NCBI GenBank assembly: GCA_004377355.1
Contig: SOIB01000086.1
Span: forward strand, 1-55,422
Source of the DNA: Candidatus Stahliibacteriota bacterium
Lineage (GTDB): Bacteria; Hydrothermota; UBA3072
Direction: 5' to 3'
Length of the DNA stretch: 55,422 bases
Position numbers and translations under genes: made by a program. Every line of letters starts with the position of its first letter. The first letter of the stretch is position 1. A model generated the notes under the pieces. The model was not told the origin of the DNA. It made no database searches and worked only from the letters and a program-made list of their open reading frames with translations. Shown one piece after another: positions 48,501-55,422 of the stretch.

Positions 48501-48620
48501 TGCAAGGGTTCTTTTAAGATTTTCCTTATTTTGTTTTAATAATTTAATGTATCTCTCTGAAAGTTGGTGTGTTTTTCCTCCACCTGCAGAGGCAAGAATT
48601 TTTTTGAATCTATCTTTCAT
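45540..48620 (-). CDS. addA: AddA-like UvrD/Rep-family helicase with C-terminal PD-(D/E)XK nuclease
   Basis: 1026 aa with Walker A SAGGGKTHQL, DEFQDTS, VGDPKQAIYQWRGG, and the C-terminal FDRVV...LIDYKTG. Confidence 0.8.
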   Translation of the reverse strand: MKDRFKKILASAGGGKTHQLSERYIKLLKQNKENLKRTLAITFTNKAATEMKERILTLLKEDALVAENKHSKKLVEWILYNFSDFSVKTIDSFINKLVKVFSIELGLSPQTELIFETRYYKEYAISKLIEDVKDNKKLQKLITEFLISMIEHKGKTYWGFKDIIMNGMQEIEEYENKLNQVFPLPSHEASETDMIMIKLRRRAKDTITEILKLQGVKQDIHKNFFKKLKKGTTNINEILNSAYIKRDCDSILKKNATLNKDSFCNLFNKLKNIVFKYYVHKIFRNHNYHIHIYHDYKEILEEIKREERIRFIEDINSELKSLFYEFDIPFIYYRIGERYDHFLIDEFQDTSRSQWKNLEPLIENSLSEGGSFFFVGDPKQAIYQWRGGDVELFDEAFSSFSCVDARDKINEVVDINYRSGSEIVRFNNEVFSNLPDVMKEKMGEKANYYIEKNVKQEHYPQINNFKGYISLKKIKTDSKNKEDLEKAIKTELINTIHKIKKRFANNEISILVRTNKQGKSVVDCLTTENISVISNESLYLSSNTNIKGLISFLKFLQHPIDDLAFFGFVTSPFFTKETKKSFKEMQRWVEGKSFDKKFQPHNYLYVLFREEYNIIWEHYIQKFFRNVGFLPLYDLINEVIKTFKIPENFPQSNPFLEGFLEFVHNLEKKSITSIELMMNEWERIESSVNPPSILLPESAEAVRVMTIHCAKGLEFPVVILPFLYFSTWEKAKRRNEFVVEYEGIKRIGKLDKKELLPENDPELSKRIENAIEKRERDNSFEEVNNLYVAMTRAEKELHIFIPDEISSNYSKGWQLILKDFIEEEEKSYGIPEKGTGIKEDIEFLQIKTAGKESISEIESRLILKRNDIDSIINKKRKEALKLGDIAHRVLYYIRDIDDMADIENIIDRSLNEIVLPMERKIFKEKTNSIIRKLFELEDIKEWFTPGLNVWKEKEMVDRNGNLHRFDRVVFKKDMITLIDYKTGDEPVSSYKKQIETYKGILMDYFPGRNIESYIIQLSTREVVKIE

Positions 48621-48820
48621 TTAATTAAAGAATAAATTAGCAATGTTTAAAGTCAATAGGAAAGGTCGCTTCGCTCTATTGCAAAATGAATAATGAAAAA
48701 TGTTCACCCCATTAAATAATTTCGTATTTAACGGGGCAAGAAGTGCAAAATACACCATACACACTGATTTTAAATTATTATAGGTTGTACCAATGAGACT
48801 GGGAAAATAAATATACAATA

Positions 48821-48846
48821 AATCGATTCTCCAAAAAGAATCGATT
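48821..48846 (-). terminator. possible intrinsic terminator after tsaB-rimI
   Basis: On the minus strand, AATCGATTCT-TTTTGG-AGAATCGATT forms 10 perfect bp. It starts inside the TGA stop and is followed by the U-rich TATTGTATATTTATTTT. Confidence 0.45.
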
Positions 48847-49901
48847 CAGACTCCGATTTCCATTATTACTGCATCAATATTCTTGCTATAATAATTAGGT
48901 CTTATTCCAGCTACTCTGAACCCGAATGACTTATACATTTCAAATGCTGCCTTATTTGTTATTCGATGTTCAAGAAAACAGGATTTAATTGATTCAGATT
49001 TCTCTAAATCTTTTAATAAAGAATTTAACATTTTTGAGCCATATCCTTTTCTCCAGTATTCCCTTGAAACAGCTATATTCATTAAGTGAAATTTTTCTTC
49101 TTCAGGACGTCCAATCATATATGCAACAATATTGTCATTAAGGGTTCCAATGATTGAGAGAGAATCTTTCATCATAATAGAAATGTAGAAAGCGTCTGCA
49201 TCCCAGGGTTCGGGGAATAAATCTTTTTCAATTTTGAGGACTTCATCTATATCGTCTATTTCCATTGGTCGTAGAATTATATCCGCCTTCTCTCTTTTTC
49301 TATAAGCCTCTGAAGGAGTAAGGTAGAATGGAACAACAGGATTAAGCGTATGAGATGCATTTTTTTTGAAGAGTTTTATTAAAAATGGAGCAATTGGATT
49401 AGAATGGTGGACGCTGCATCCATTAGATTCAAGAATCTCTCTATTTATTTCAGCTCCATTCCCAAAGATAATAGGTTTCTCATTTAATGATTTCGCATAA
49501 TCTATTAAATCTTCTATTTTTTTTACTTTATTTGTAAATATCTCTTCGGTTTCAGAATCTGTCTTTTTAAAATTAGCTACGTGAACGACTTTCTTCCTTG
49601 CGTGAAGAATAGGCAGGAGATTACCAGCAGGTGCTCCTTCAACCATTGCAAGGAAAGTTGAATAACCAAGTATGGGAATTTTAAAGGGGAGTGAAATACC
49701 CTGTGAAATGGCCAGTCCAACCCGAAGACCTGTAAATGAACCCGGACCAATCGTTAATAAAATTTTTTCTATTGCCTCTGGTTTTATTCCTAATTCACCT
49801 AACTTATGAGGGATATCTTCTACATATTCAAGTTCATAATAGTTTTTATCATCTATTGCAAGACCACCTACCCTGGATGAACTATCAATTCCTATAATCA
49901 C
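48846..49901 (-). CDS. tsaB: TsaB (t6A biosynthesis) fused to RimI-type GNAT acetyltransferase
   Basis: The N-terminal ~200 aa carry IGIDSSS and GPGSFTGLRVG. The C-terminal ~150 aa are a GNAT domain (IAVSREYWRKGYGSKML). Confidence 0.8.
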   Translation of the reverse strand: MIIGIDSSSRVGGLAIDDKNYYELEYVEDIPHKLGELGIKPEAIEKILLTIGPGSFTGLRVGLAISQGISLPFKIPILGYSTFLAMVEGAPAGNLLPILHARKKVVHVANFKKTDSETEEIFTNKVKKIEDLIDYAKSLNEKPIIFGNGAEINREILESNGCSVHHSNPIAPFLIKLFKKNASHTLNPVVPFYLTPSEAYRKREKADIILRPMEIDDIDEVLKIEKDLFPEPWDADAFYISIMMKDSLSIIGTLNDNIVAYMIGRPEEEKFHLMNIAVSREYWRKGYGSKMLNSLLKDLEKSESIKSCFLEHRITNKAAFEMYKSFGFRVAGIRPNYYSKNIDAVIMEIGV

Positions 49902-50301
49902 TAATGGTTACCTCTCTTTCTTCTATTCCCATTATATTTATCTTAACATCTATTCTTTCCAGAGGCAGTACATTTTTCACTCTATCAGCCCATTCAATAG
50001 CTGTAATACCATCTGCAAGAAAATATTCTTCAAATGGAATTACTTCATCTGATATTCTGATTCTATAGAAGTCAATATGGTACAATTTCATTCTACCTCT
50101 ATATGAACGCATGAGTACAAAAGAAGGGCTCTGTATAACTTCGTTTATTCCGAGTGCTTTTGCTATTCCTTTAACAAAGACCGTTTTACCTGCACCCAGG
50201 TCACCTATAAGAGCAATACAGGTGGGCTCATTTAGATCATTTATAAGATCCATTGCCAATCTCATTGTCTCAAAAGTGTTTTTTGTGATAGGCAATAACA
50301 C
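49885..50301 (-). CDS. tsaE: tRNA t6A biosynthesis ATPase TsaE
   Basis: 138 aa with GDLGAGKTVFVKG, SPSF and HIDFYR motifs. Confidence 0.88.
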   Translation of the reverse strand: MLLPITKNTFETMRLAMDLINDLNEPTCIALIGDLGAGKTVFVKGIAKALGINEVIQSPSFVLMRSYRGRMKLYHIDFYRIRISDEVIPFEEYFLADGITAIEWADRVKNVLPLERIDVKINIMGIEEREVTISDYRN

Positions 50302-50968
50302 CCCCTTTTATTGTGAGGAAGGGTTCATAATATCCGTCTTCGAAGAATTGCCTGAATATTTCACCATCTCCACCTGTAAATATCAAATTTTTATTCTCAT
50401 AATCCAGTTTGTTAAGTACTTCTTTTATACCACCTACAAGAGCTCCATAAGCTCCAAATTTTATACATTCTGAAGTGCTCTTACCAATTGTATTTTGAAG
50501 TTCTGGTGTGATTTCTGGCAAAGCTTCTCCCTTATCTAAGGTTGAAAAATACCAGAAGAGTCCAGGGAGGATTGCACCACCATCAAATCGGATAATAAGT
50601 TCAGTATTAGATTTTCTTGGTTCTGAAAAGAGATCCACAGTTATAGCACTTCCACAATCAACCACTATAGCAGGAAGTCCAGTAAGTTCTTTTGCTGCAA
50701 GTCCATTTGACAATCTGTCACATCCTGCATGAGACTCATAGTCCATCTCAAATAAATAATTTGGAAAATCAATTATTGGGATTTCGATTATACCTCTTAT
50801 CAATTTCTCCCTGTTAGGAACAACGGAAATCATCATAATCTCGTTAACTTCCTTAAAAAAATCCTTTATCCTGAATGGGTTGTCTATCTTTTCTTCTTTC
50901 TTTAAAGTAAGTTTATCAAATATTGCACATTGATTATTAGTATTTCCGATATTTATTACACCAATCAT
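50270..50968 (-). CDS. coaX: type III pantothenate kinase
   Basis: 232 aa with INIGNTN, VVDCGSAIT and TGGDG blocks. Confidence 0.85.
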   Translation of the reverse strand: MIGVINIGNTNNQCAIFDKLTLKKEEKIDNPFRIKDFFKEVNEIMMISVVPNREKLIRGIIEIPIIDFPNYLFEMDYESHAGCDRLSNGLAAKELTGLPAIVVDCGSAITVDLFSEPRKSNTELIIRFDGGAILPGLFWYFSTLDKGEALPEITPELQNTIGKSTSECIKFGAYGALVGGIKEVLNKLDYENKNLIFTGGDGEIFRQFFEDGYYEPFLTIKGGVIAYHKKHF

Positions 50969-52047
50969 AAATTCTCCCGGATGAATCGCTTTCCACCTAT
51001 CTCTCTTGCCAAACCCTTCATTTCCAGAATTAACATGAGGGATAGGATTTCTTGTGGCTTCATTTTTGCTTCATATGCAAGTATATCTACAGTCTTTGGT
51101 TTTAGTTCTAATAGCTCATATACCTTTCTTACATTCTCTGGTATGTGTTCTAATTTATCTGACTTTTCTATTTCTTTTTCTTTTATATCAAGACCTGTAT
51201 TGTTCAGTATATCCTGATATCCAGTTATAGGGATTGCTCCCATTTTTAGAAGACGATTCGTACCTTTACTTACTTCTGAGGTAATATCAGCGGGTAATGC
51301 GTATACATCCCTTCCGTATTCTAAAGCCCATTTTACAGTTGATAATACACCACTTTTGAGAGGAGCTTCTATTGCTATTACTGCTCTGGATAGTCCACTG
51401 ATAATCCTATTTCGGGAAGGGAAATGATAGGGAAGGGGAGGCGAAAATGGAGGGAGTTCAGTTACTAATGCTCCATTTTTTATAATTCTGGAAGCTAAAT
51501 TTCTATTTCCAGTTGGATAGATTCTGTCTATTCCGGTTCCCATAACTGCTATTGTCCTTCCATTTTCTTCCAAGGCTCCCAGGTGAGCTTGAGTATCAAT
51601 ACCTCTAGCAAGTCCGCTTATAATTGTTACTCCACGACATGATAATTCCTTAGCTAAATTTCTAGCCACTGTTTTTCCATATTCGGTGGCTCTACGGGTT
51701 CCGACAATTGCTACTGCATTATTATCTTCTGGTGATAGTTTTCCCTTACAGTAGAGGATAGGCGGTGAATCTCCAAGTTTTTTAAGATTTTCAGGATAAT
51801 CAGCGTCTTCAAATGTAAACAATGAAATTTCTTTACTTTTAACAATATGTAGTTGCTTGTCAATATTTATTTTTTTTACACGTTCAATCTCATTTTGTGA
51901 TAATTTCCCAAATTTATAAAGTTTATCTAGAAAGTTATCTTCCATCAATAACTTTTTATTATCTGTTAGAATTTCCCTCATTCTTGGTGCATCGATTTTG
52001 GTATTGGATAATTTTAATAGATTAGTTAGCCATTGGTTGTTAGACAT
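50965..52047 (-). CDS. dprA: DNA-processing protein DprA
   Basis: Has AIVGTRRAT and SGLARGIDTQAH, and a C-terminal winged-helix tail. Confidence 0.88.
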   Translation of the reverse strand: MSNNQWLTNLLKLSNTKIDAPRMREILTDNKKLLMEDNFLDKLYKFGKLSQNEIERVKKINIDKQLHIVKSKEISLFTFEDADYPENLKKLGDSPPILYCKGKLSPEDNNAVAIVGTRRATEYGKTVARNLAKELSCRGVTIISGLARGIDTQAHLGALEENGRTIAVMGTGIDRIYPTGNRNLASRIIKNGALVTELPPFSPPLPYHFPSRNRIISGLSRAVIAIEAPLKSGVLSTVKWALEYGRDVYALPADITSEVSKGTNRLLKMGAIPITGYQDILNNTGLDIKEKEIEKSDKLEHIPENVRKVYELLELKPKTVDILAYEAKMKPQEILSLMLILEMKGLAREIGGKRFIRENL

Positions 52048-52999
52048 TTTTTTTCTCTTCTAATTTTTCAAAAATGAAAGCTCTCAATTCTTCAATACCC
52101 TTGTTATTTTTAATTGAGGTTAGAAAAATAGGGTATGAAAAGGATATATTAACTTTTTTTGATATTTTATCCACTTTATTTAGAACAATAACAATGGATT
52201 TTCCTTCACGATCTATCAAACCATCTAAAAAATTTTCTTCTAATAGTTTTGATTGCTCATATAAATTTTCATTACTTCCGTCAAAGACAATTATGAGCAC
52301 ACTTGCTCTTCTAATAAGTATCTCGATATCTGATGAATATTCTGAGAATAATGGTGGAGTATCCAGGAATGTAAAACGATTGTAGTTATACAGACAACTC
52401 CATAGATGAGGTTTCCTTGTGGTAAAGGGATGATTGCTTATCTGTGTAGTACACCCAGTTAATTCTTCGATTATTGAAGATTTACCTGCGTTTACAAGAC
52501 CTATTACTGCTACATCAATTAACGGACTGTATTCTAATATTAAGGTCTTTTTCTCACCCTCTTTTCCTGGAGTTGCAATTCTGGGAGTTTGATTTGTAGA
52601 TGTGGTGAAGTGAACGTTGCCCTGTCCACCTTTCCCTCCCTTAACGAGTTCAATTTCCATGCCTTCGGAAACCATATCTACAATTAATTCCTTTTTATCA
52701 CAGTTATAAATAGTTGTTCCAGGAGGAACTAAAATAATCTTATTCTTTCCATTTTTACCGTGTTTCTTATTTTTGTGACCCGGAGCACCATTGGAGGCTT
52801 TAATGATTGGTTCATAGTGTAAATGTTCTAATGAATGATATTTATCATATGCTTTCATCAGGACATCACCACCCTTACCTCCGTCACCGCCATCAGGACC
52901 CCCTCTTGGTTGATGAGCGACCCTAAGAAAGCTAACTAACCCATTCCCTCCTTTACCACCCTCCACTACAACTTTAAATGAATATATATTATTTTTCAT
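52040..52999 (-). CDS. obg: GTPase Obg/CgtA
   Basis: Has the Gly-rich Obg fold GGKGGNGLVSF...GGPDGGDGGKGGDV, then G1 GLVNAGKSS, DTPP and NKVD. Confidence 0.9.
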   Translation of the reverse strand: MKNNIYSFKVVVEGGKGGNGLVSFLRVAHQPRGGPDGGDGGKGGDVLMKAYDKYHSLEHLHYEPIIKASNGAPGHKNKKHGKNGKNKIILVPPGTTIYNCDKKELIVDMVSEGMEIELVKGGKGGQGNVHFTTSTNQTPRIATPGKEGEKKTLILEYSPLIDVAVIGLVNAGKSSIIEELTGCTTQISNHPFTTRKPHLWSCLYNYNRFTFLDTPPLFSEYSSDIEILIRRASVLIIVFDGSNENLYEQSKLLEENFLDGLIDREGKSIVIVLNKVDKISKKVNISFSYPIFLTSIKNNKGIEELRAFIFEKLEEKKNV

Positions 53000-53092
53000 A
53001 AACTTTATAAACTATTGTCAAGTATCCTCTATTGAAAGTTCATTTATGGTTTTTGGGAGGGAAACTTTAGGATTAATTATGAGCGTCTCCAC

Positions 53093-53578
53093 TCATCTTA
53101 ACTTTTTGATACGCTCTTTTAATCTTTTAGCTACCTCTTCGGGAACAAATTCAGAGATATCTCCGTTGAAGTATGCAATTTCTTTCAATACCCTCGAACT
53201 TAAGAATATATATTTTTCATCCGGGAAGAAGTATATTATTTCAATGTTTGGGGAGAGTTTGCGGTTCATCATTCCCATCTGAAATTCATATTCAAAATCA
53301 GATATAGCACGCATTCCACGTATAACAGCATCAATTTTGTGTGTATTTACATACTCAGCTGTTAATCCTGTCAATATTTCTATGTTTACGTTATCTATAT
53401 CCTTTAATGCTATTTCTATTAATTCTTTTCTCTCTTCAGGCGTAAATAATGTATCTTTGCTATAGTGTTCTGCGACAAGTAGAGTCACTTCATCAAATAT
53501 TTTTAGACTTCTTTCTAAAATATCAATGTGCCCGTTTGTTATTGGATCAAATGTCCCTGGATATATTGCTTTTTTCAT
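53093..53578 (-). CDS. coaD: pantetheine-phosphate adenylyltransferase
   Basis: AIYPGTFDPITNGHIDI and the SSRVLKE block are canonical for CoaD. Confidence 0.92.
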   Translation of the reverse strand: MKKAIYPGTFDPITNGHIDILERSLKIFDEVTLLVAEHYSKDTLFTPEERKELIEIALKDIDNVNIEILTGLTAEYVNTHKIDAVIRGMRAISDFEYEFQMGMMNRKLSPNIEIIYFFPDEKYIFLSSRVLKEIAYFNGDISEFVPEEVAKRLKERIKKLR

Positions 53579-54083
53579 TTTTTAAGATTAGAAGAGACGT
53601 GTCTCCATATGTTTTATTTTTTATTACTTTAAAACCATCATGAGATGGAACTTTCCCAGTCTGGTATTCAATGATTATTATGGAATCATCTTTTAATATA
53701 CGCTCGATATTCTGGAGGGTTTTTTTAATATTGTATCCCTGATAAGGTGGGTCAATAAATACAAAATCAGCTTTTATATCCAGTGTATTTAAAACTGATT
53801 CAACTGACTTATTTATTACTACAGCATCAAATCCTGTTTTTTCAAGGTTTCTTTGAATGTACTCAACTACCTTCCTACTTCTTTCAACCATTATAACCTT
53901 TGATGCACCCCTGGAAAGTGCCTCAATTCCAACTGCTCCAGAGCCAGCAAATAGATCTATAAATGTTTTATCCGTAACCTGAATAATAGAAAAGAGAGCC
54001 TCCCGAACCATTGATCTTGTTGGTCTTATGGTCTTTGGAGAGAATATCTTTTGTCCTTTTGCTGTTCCTCCGATTACTTTCAT
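53547..54083 (-). CDS. rsmD: 16S rRNA (guanine966-N2)-methyltransferase
   Basis: Has IIGG...RPT, DLFAGSGAVGIEALSRG and FIDPPY. Confidence 0.88.
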   Translation of the reverse strand: MKVIGGTAKGQKIFSPKTIRPTRSMVREALFSIIQVTDKTFIDLFAGSGAVGIEALSRGASKVIMVERSRKVVEYIQRNLEKTGFDAVVINKSVESVLNTLDIKADFVFIDPPYQGYNIKKTLQNIERILKDDSIIIIEYQTGKVPSHDGFKVIKNKTYGDTSLLILKNEKSNISRDI

Positions 54084-54212
54084 TGAATAAACCTCGATAT
54101 CCAGATATTAATTATATATTAATGGATTATCATTCGATTTTTCAAACAATATCTTTGTCTTGGGAAACATTATAACTTCATTATAGCCAATAAGAGTTAA
54201 AAGTCAACGACA

Positions 54213-54440
54213 TGATGGATGGGTATAATGAGTGTATGAATTGGTAGATTAATGCATGAGTGAGTAGGTTAAGTCTTTAGTCTTAAGATAAGCTCACTTG
54301 AATCCTTGAACACTTGATTTCTTTTTTATAACTAACAACTAATATTTAATAACCAAAAACCAACATCTAATAACTGATAACTATTTACTAATAACCAACA
54401 TCTCTTGACTAATTACCAATTACTAATAACTATTAACCAA
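54213..54440. repeat. concatenated short-period word arrays between divergent rsmD and the PH-domain gene
   Basis: Contains GATGGATGGGT/ATAATGAGT/GTATGAAT/..GCATGAGT/GAGTAGGT, then AAGTCTTT/AGTCTTAAG, then CACTTGAA/TCCTTGAA/CACTTGA. About 110 nt of TAATAAC/TGATAAC/TATTAAC-type units follow. Confidence 0.85.
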
Positions 54441-54446
54441 TAAAAA

Positions 54447-55007
54447 ATGACTAATTTTTTAGAAAAGGATAACGAAAAGAATGATAAAATAATTGAGGTT
54501 TTTCATCCATCATGGTTTAATTATTTTGGACTTTTTTTCTTATGTGGAATTTCAATTGCTATTACCGTTATACTTTTCCTTTTCAATTTCCAGGTTTGGA
54601 GTTACTTTTTTATATTCGTTACAGTCTTAATTTTCCTTAGTGTAGTTTTCAGTAGATTAACATATACTTACACAGTTACATCTAATAGTGTTCGTTGTCG
54701 AATTGGTATTATTGCAAGAGAAGAAAGCGAGATTAGAATGAATGATATTCGTGAAGTAGGAGTAAGACAGGGTGCAGGACAACGAATTTTTGGGATTGGA
54801 GATGTATATTTTGCTTCGGCTGGTACTAACGGTGTGGAAGTAATTTTTGAGGGAGTCAGAGCTCCTACAACGATAAGAGATGAAGTAAATGAATTACGGG
54901 ATTCTATAGAAACATCTGATAAGAAAAGATGTCCCCAATGCGGAGAATTTATCTGGATAAAAGCCAAAGTCTGCCCACATTGTTATTATGCCTTTAACGG
55001 GAAATGA
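54447..55007 (+). CDS. membrane-flanked bacterial PH domain (bPH_2/DUF304) protein with C-terminal zinc ribbon
   Basis: 186 aa with two TM segments and a YdbT-like core (IRMNDIREVGVRQG..QRIFGIGDV). The C-terminus is CPQCGEF...CPHC. Confidence 0.65.
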   Translation: MTNFLEKDNEKNDKIIEVFHPSWFNYFGLFFLCGISIAITVILFLFNFQVWSYFFIFVTVLIFLSVVFSRLTYTYTVTSNSVRCRIGIIAREESEIRMNDIREVGVRQGAGQRIFGIGDVYFASAGTNGVEVIFEGVRAPTTIRDEVNELRDSIETSDKKRCPQCGEFIWIKAKVCPHCYYAFNGK

Positions 55008-55060
55008 CATTTTAAATACAAAAGGTATATGAGAGTAGTAATTGCTTGATAATTTGACAT

Positions 55061-55270
55061 TTATCTCTTAATAACCCTGGAATTCAAGAGATTATCTTCT
55101 CCACACTCGTAATAAATCACTCCTCTACATCTGCAGTGAGTTATAGTTAAAGACCTCCATCCTTCCCAAATTACACATTTATGTCCGTGGGGAGTCTCAA
55201 ACTCGGTTTTAGGGGTCTTGTATTTGCAGGATGCCTTCAACTTAAATGAGACGTGACACCCCGCTTTCAA
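55061..55270 (-). CDS. doubtful 69-aa Cys/His-rich ORF (could instead be a structured non-coding locus)
   Basis: TTG start with no SD. It has 6 Cys and 4 His (CH..C..HGHKC..HCRC..C). It is locally richer in G+C than its surroundings and contains the 23-nt dispersed repeat. Confidence 0.25.
   Translation of the reverse strand: MKAGCHVSFKLKASCKYKTPKTEFETPHGHKCVIWEGWRSLTITHCRCRGVIYYECGEDNLLNSRVIKR
55166..55188 (-). repeat. second (inverted) copy of the 23-nt dispersed repeat
   Basis: CCAAATTACACATTTATGTCCGT is the exact reverse complement of 14436-14458. About 14 further nt are degenerate-similar (GGAAGGATGGAGGT vs GGAGGGGGATGTGGT). Confidence 0.85.
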
Positions 55271-55422
55271 TTTTAGAATTAAATCTTGATTTTTTAGTTT
55301 TCGATTATATCCTTATAAAAATCTTAGTTATTCTGTGTTGGTATAAAAAGAGATTACTTCACTATAGAGGAGCAAGAAGAAAAACTCACAATAACGATTT
55401 TAGCCTTCAGACTTAAATATAC

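Noticed and set aside
42695-48620. The large helicase-nuclease gene pair, considered as a possible novel defence system
   Set aside because: Both proteins carry the canonical AddA hallmarks (UvrD motifs plus a C-terminal PD-(D/E)XK nuclease) and AddB hallmarks (degenerate helicase, nuclease with C...CxxCx5C Fe-S ligands). This is a standard AddAB/RexAB recombination-repair pair. Only the A-then-B gene order differs from Bacillus.

Overview
Visibly AT-rich, tightly packed bacterial chromosome segment. It uses the standard genetic code, has strong AGGAGG-type Shine-Dalgarno sites and many 4-30 nt gene overlaps. I call about 50 protein genes and one tRNA-Arg(CCT). The content is overwhelmingly housekeeping: purN, purH, hpt, metG, map, era, obg, holB, cca, lnt, uppP, gpsA, coaD, coaX, rsmD, tsaE, a tsaB-rimI fusion, dprA, nth and an addA/addB pair. 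Envelope functions of a diderm cell are also present (two LptF/LptG-family permeases, an OMP beta-barrel, an EnvC-like M23 protein, TPR lipoproteins, a rhomboid protease), along with a secreted-type lamin-tail-domain protein with a FlgD-Ig/CHU_C-like tail. That mix suggests an uncultivated FCB-like or candidate-division lineage, which is inference only. I found no rRNA, no CRISPR array, no transposase, integrase or reverse transcriptase, and no recognisable multi-gene defence or biosynthetic island. I therefore cannot point to a novel protein-coding system. What stands out is non-coding. (1) A 280-bp element with terminal inverted repeats and a target-site duplication, built of nested hairpins (8980-9259). 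(2) A 630-bp AT-rich spacer with two perfect DnaA boxes, beside a global gene-strand switch, which is a candidate oriC (11361-11988), and a duplicated nth 3' end next to it. (3) A 960-bp gene-free spacer between convergent genes, holding two paralogous GC-clamped hairpins with AGGAGGT sites (13591-14549). (4) A 23-nt sequence present in inverted copies 40.7 kb apart. (5) A lineage-specific vocabulary of 7-9 bp degenerate tandem word arrays that fills most intergenic spacers, including a 17-mer shared upstream of two unrelated genes. All functional readings of these are hypotheses that need genome-wide and transcriptomic checks.
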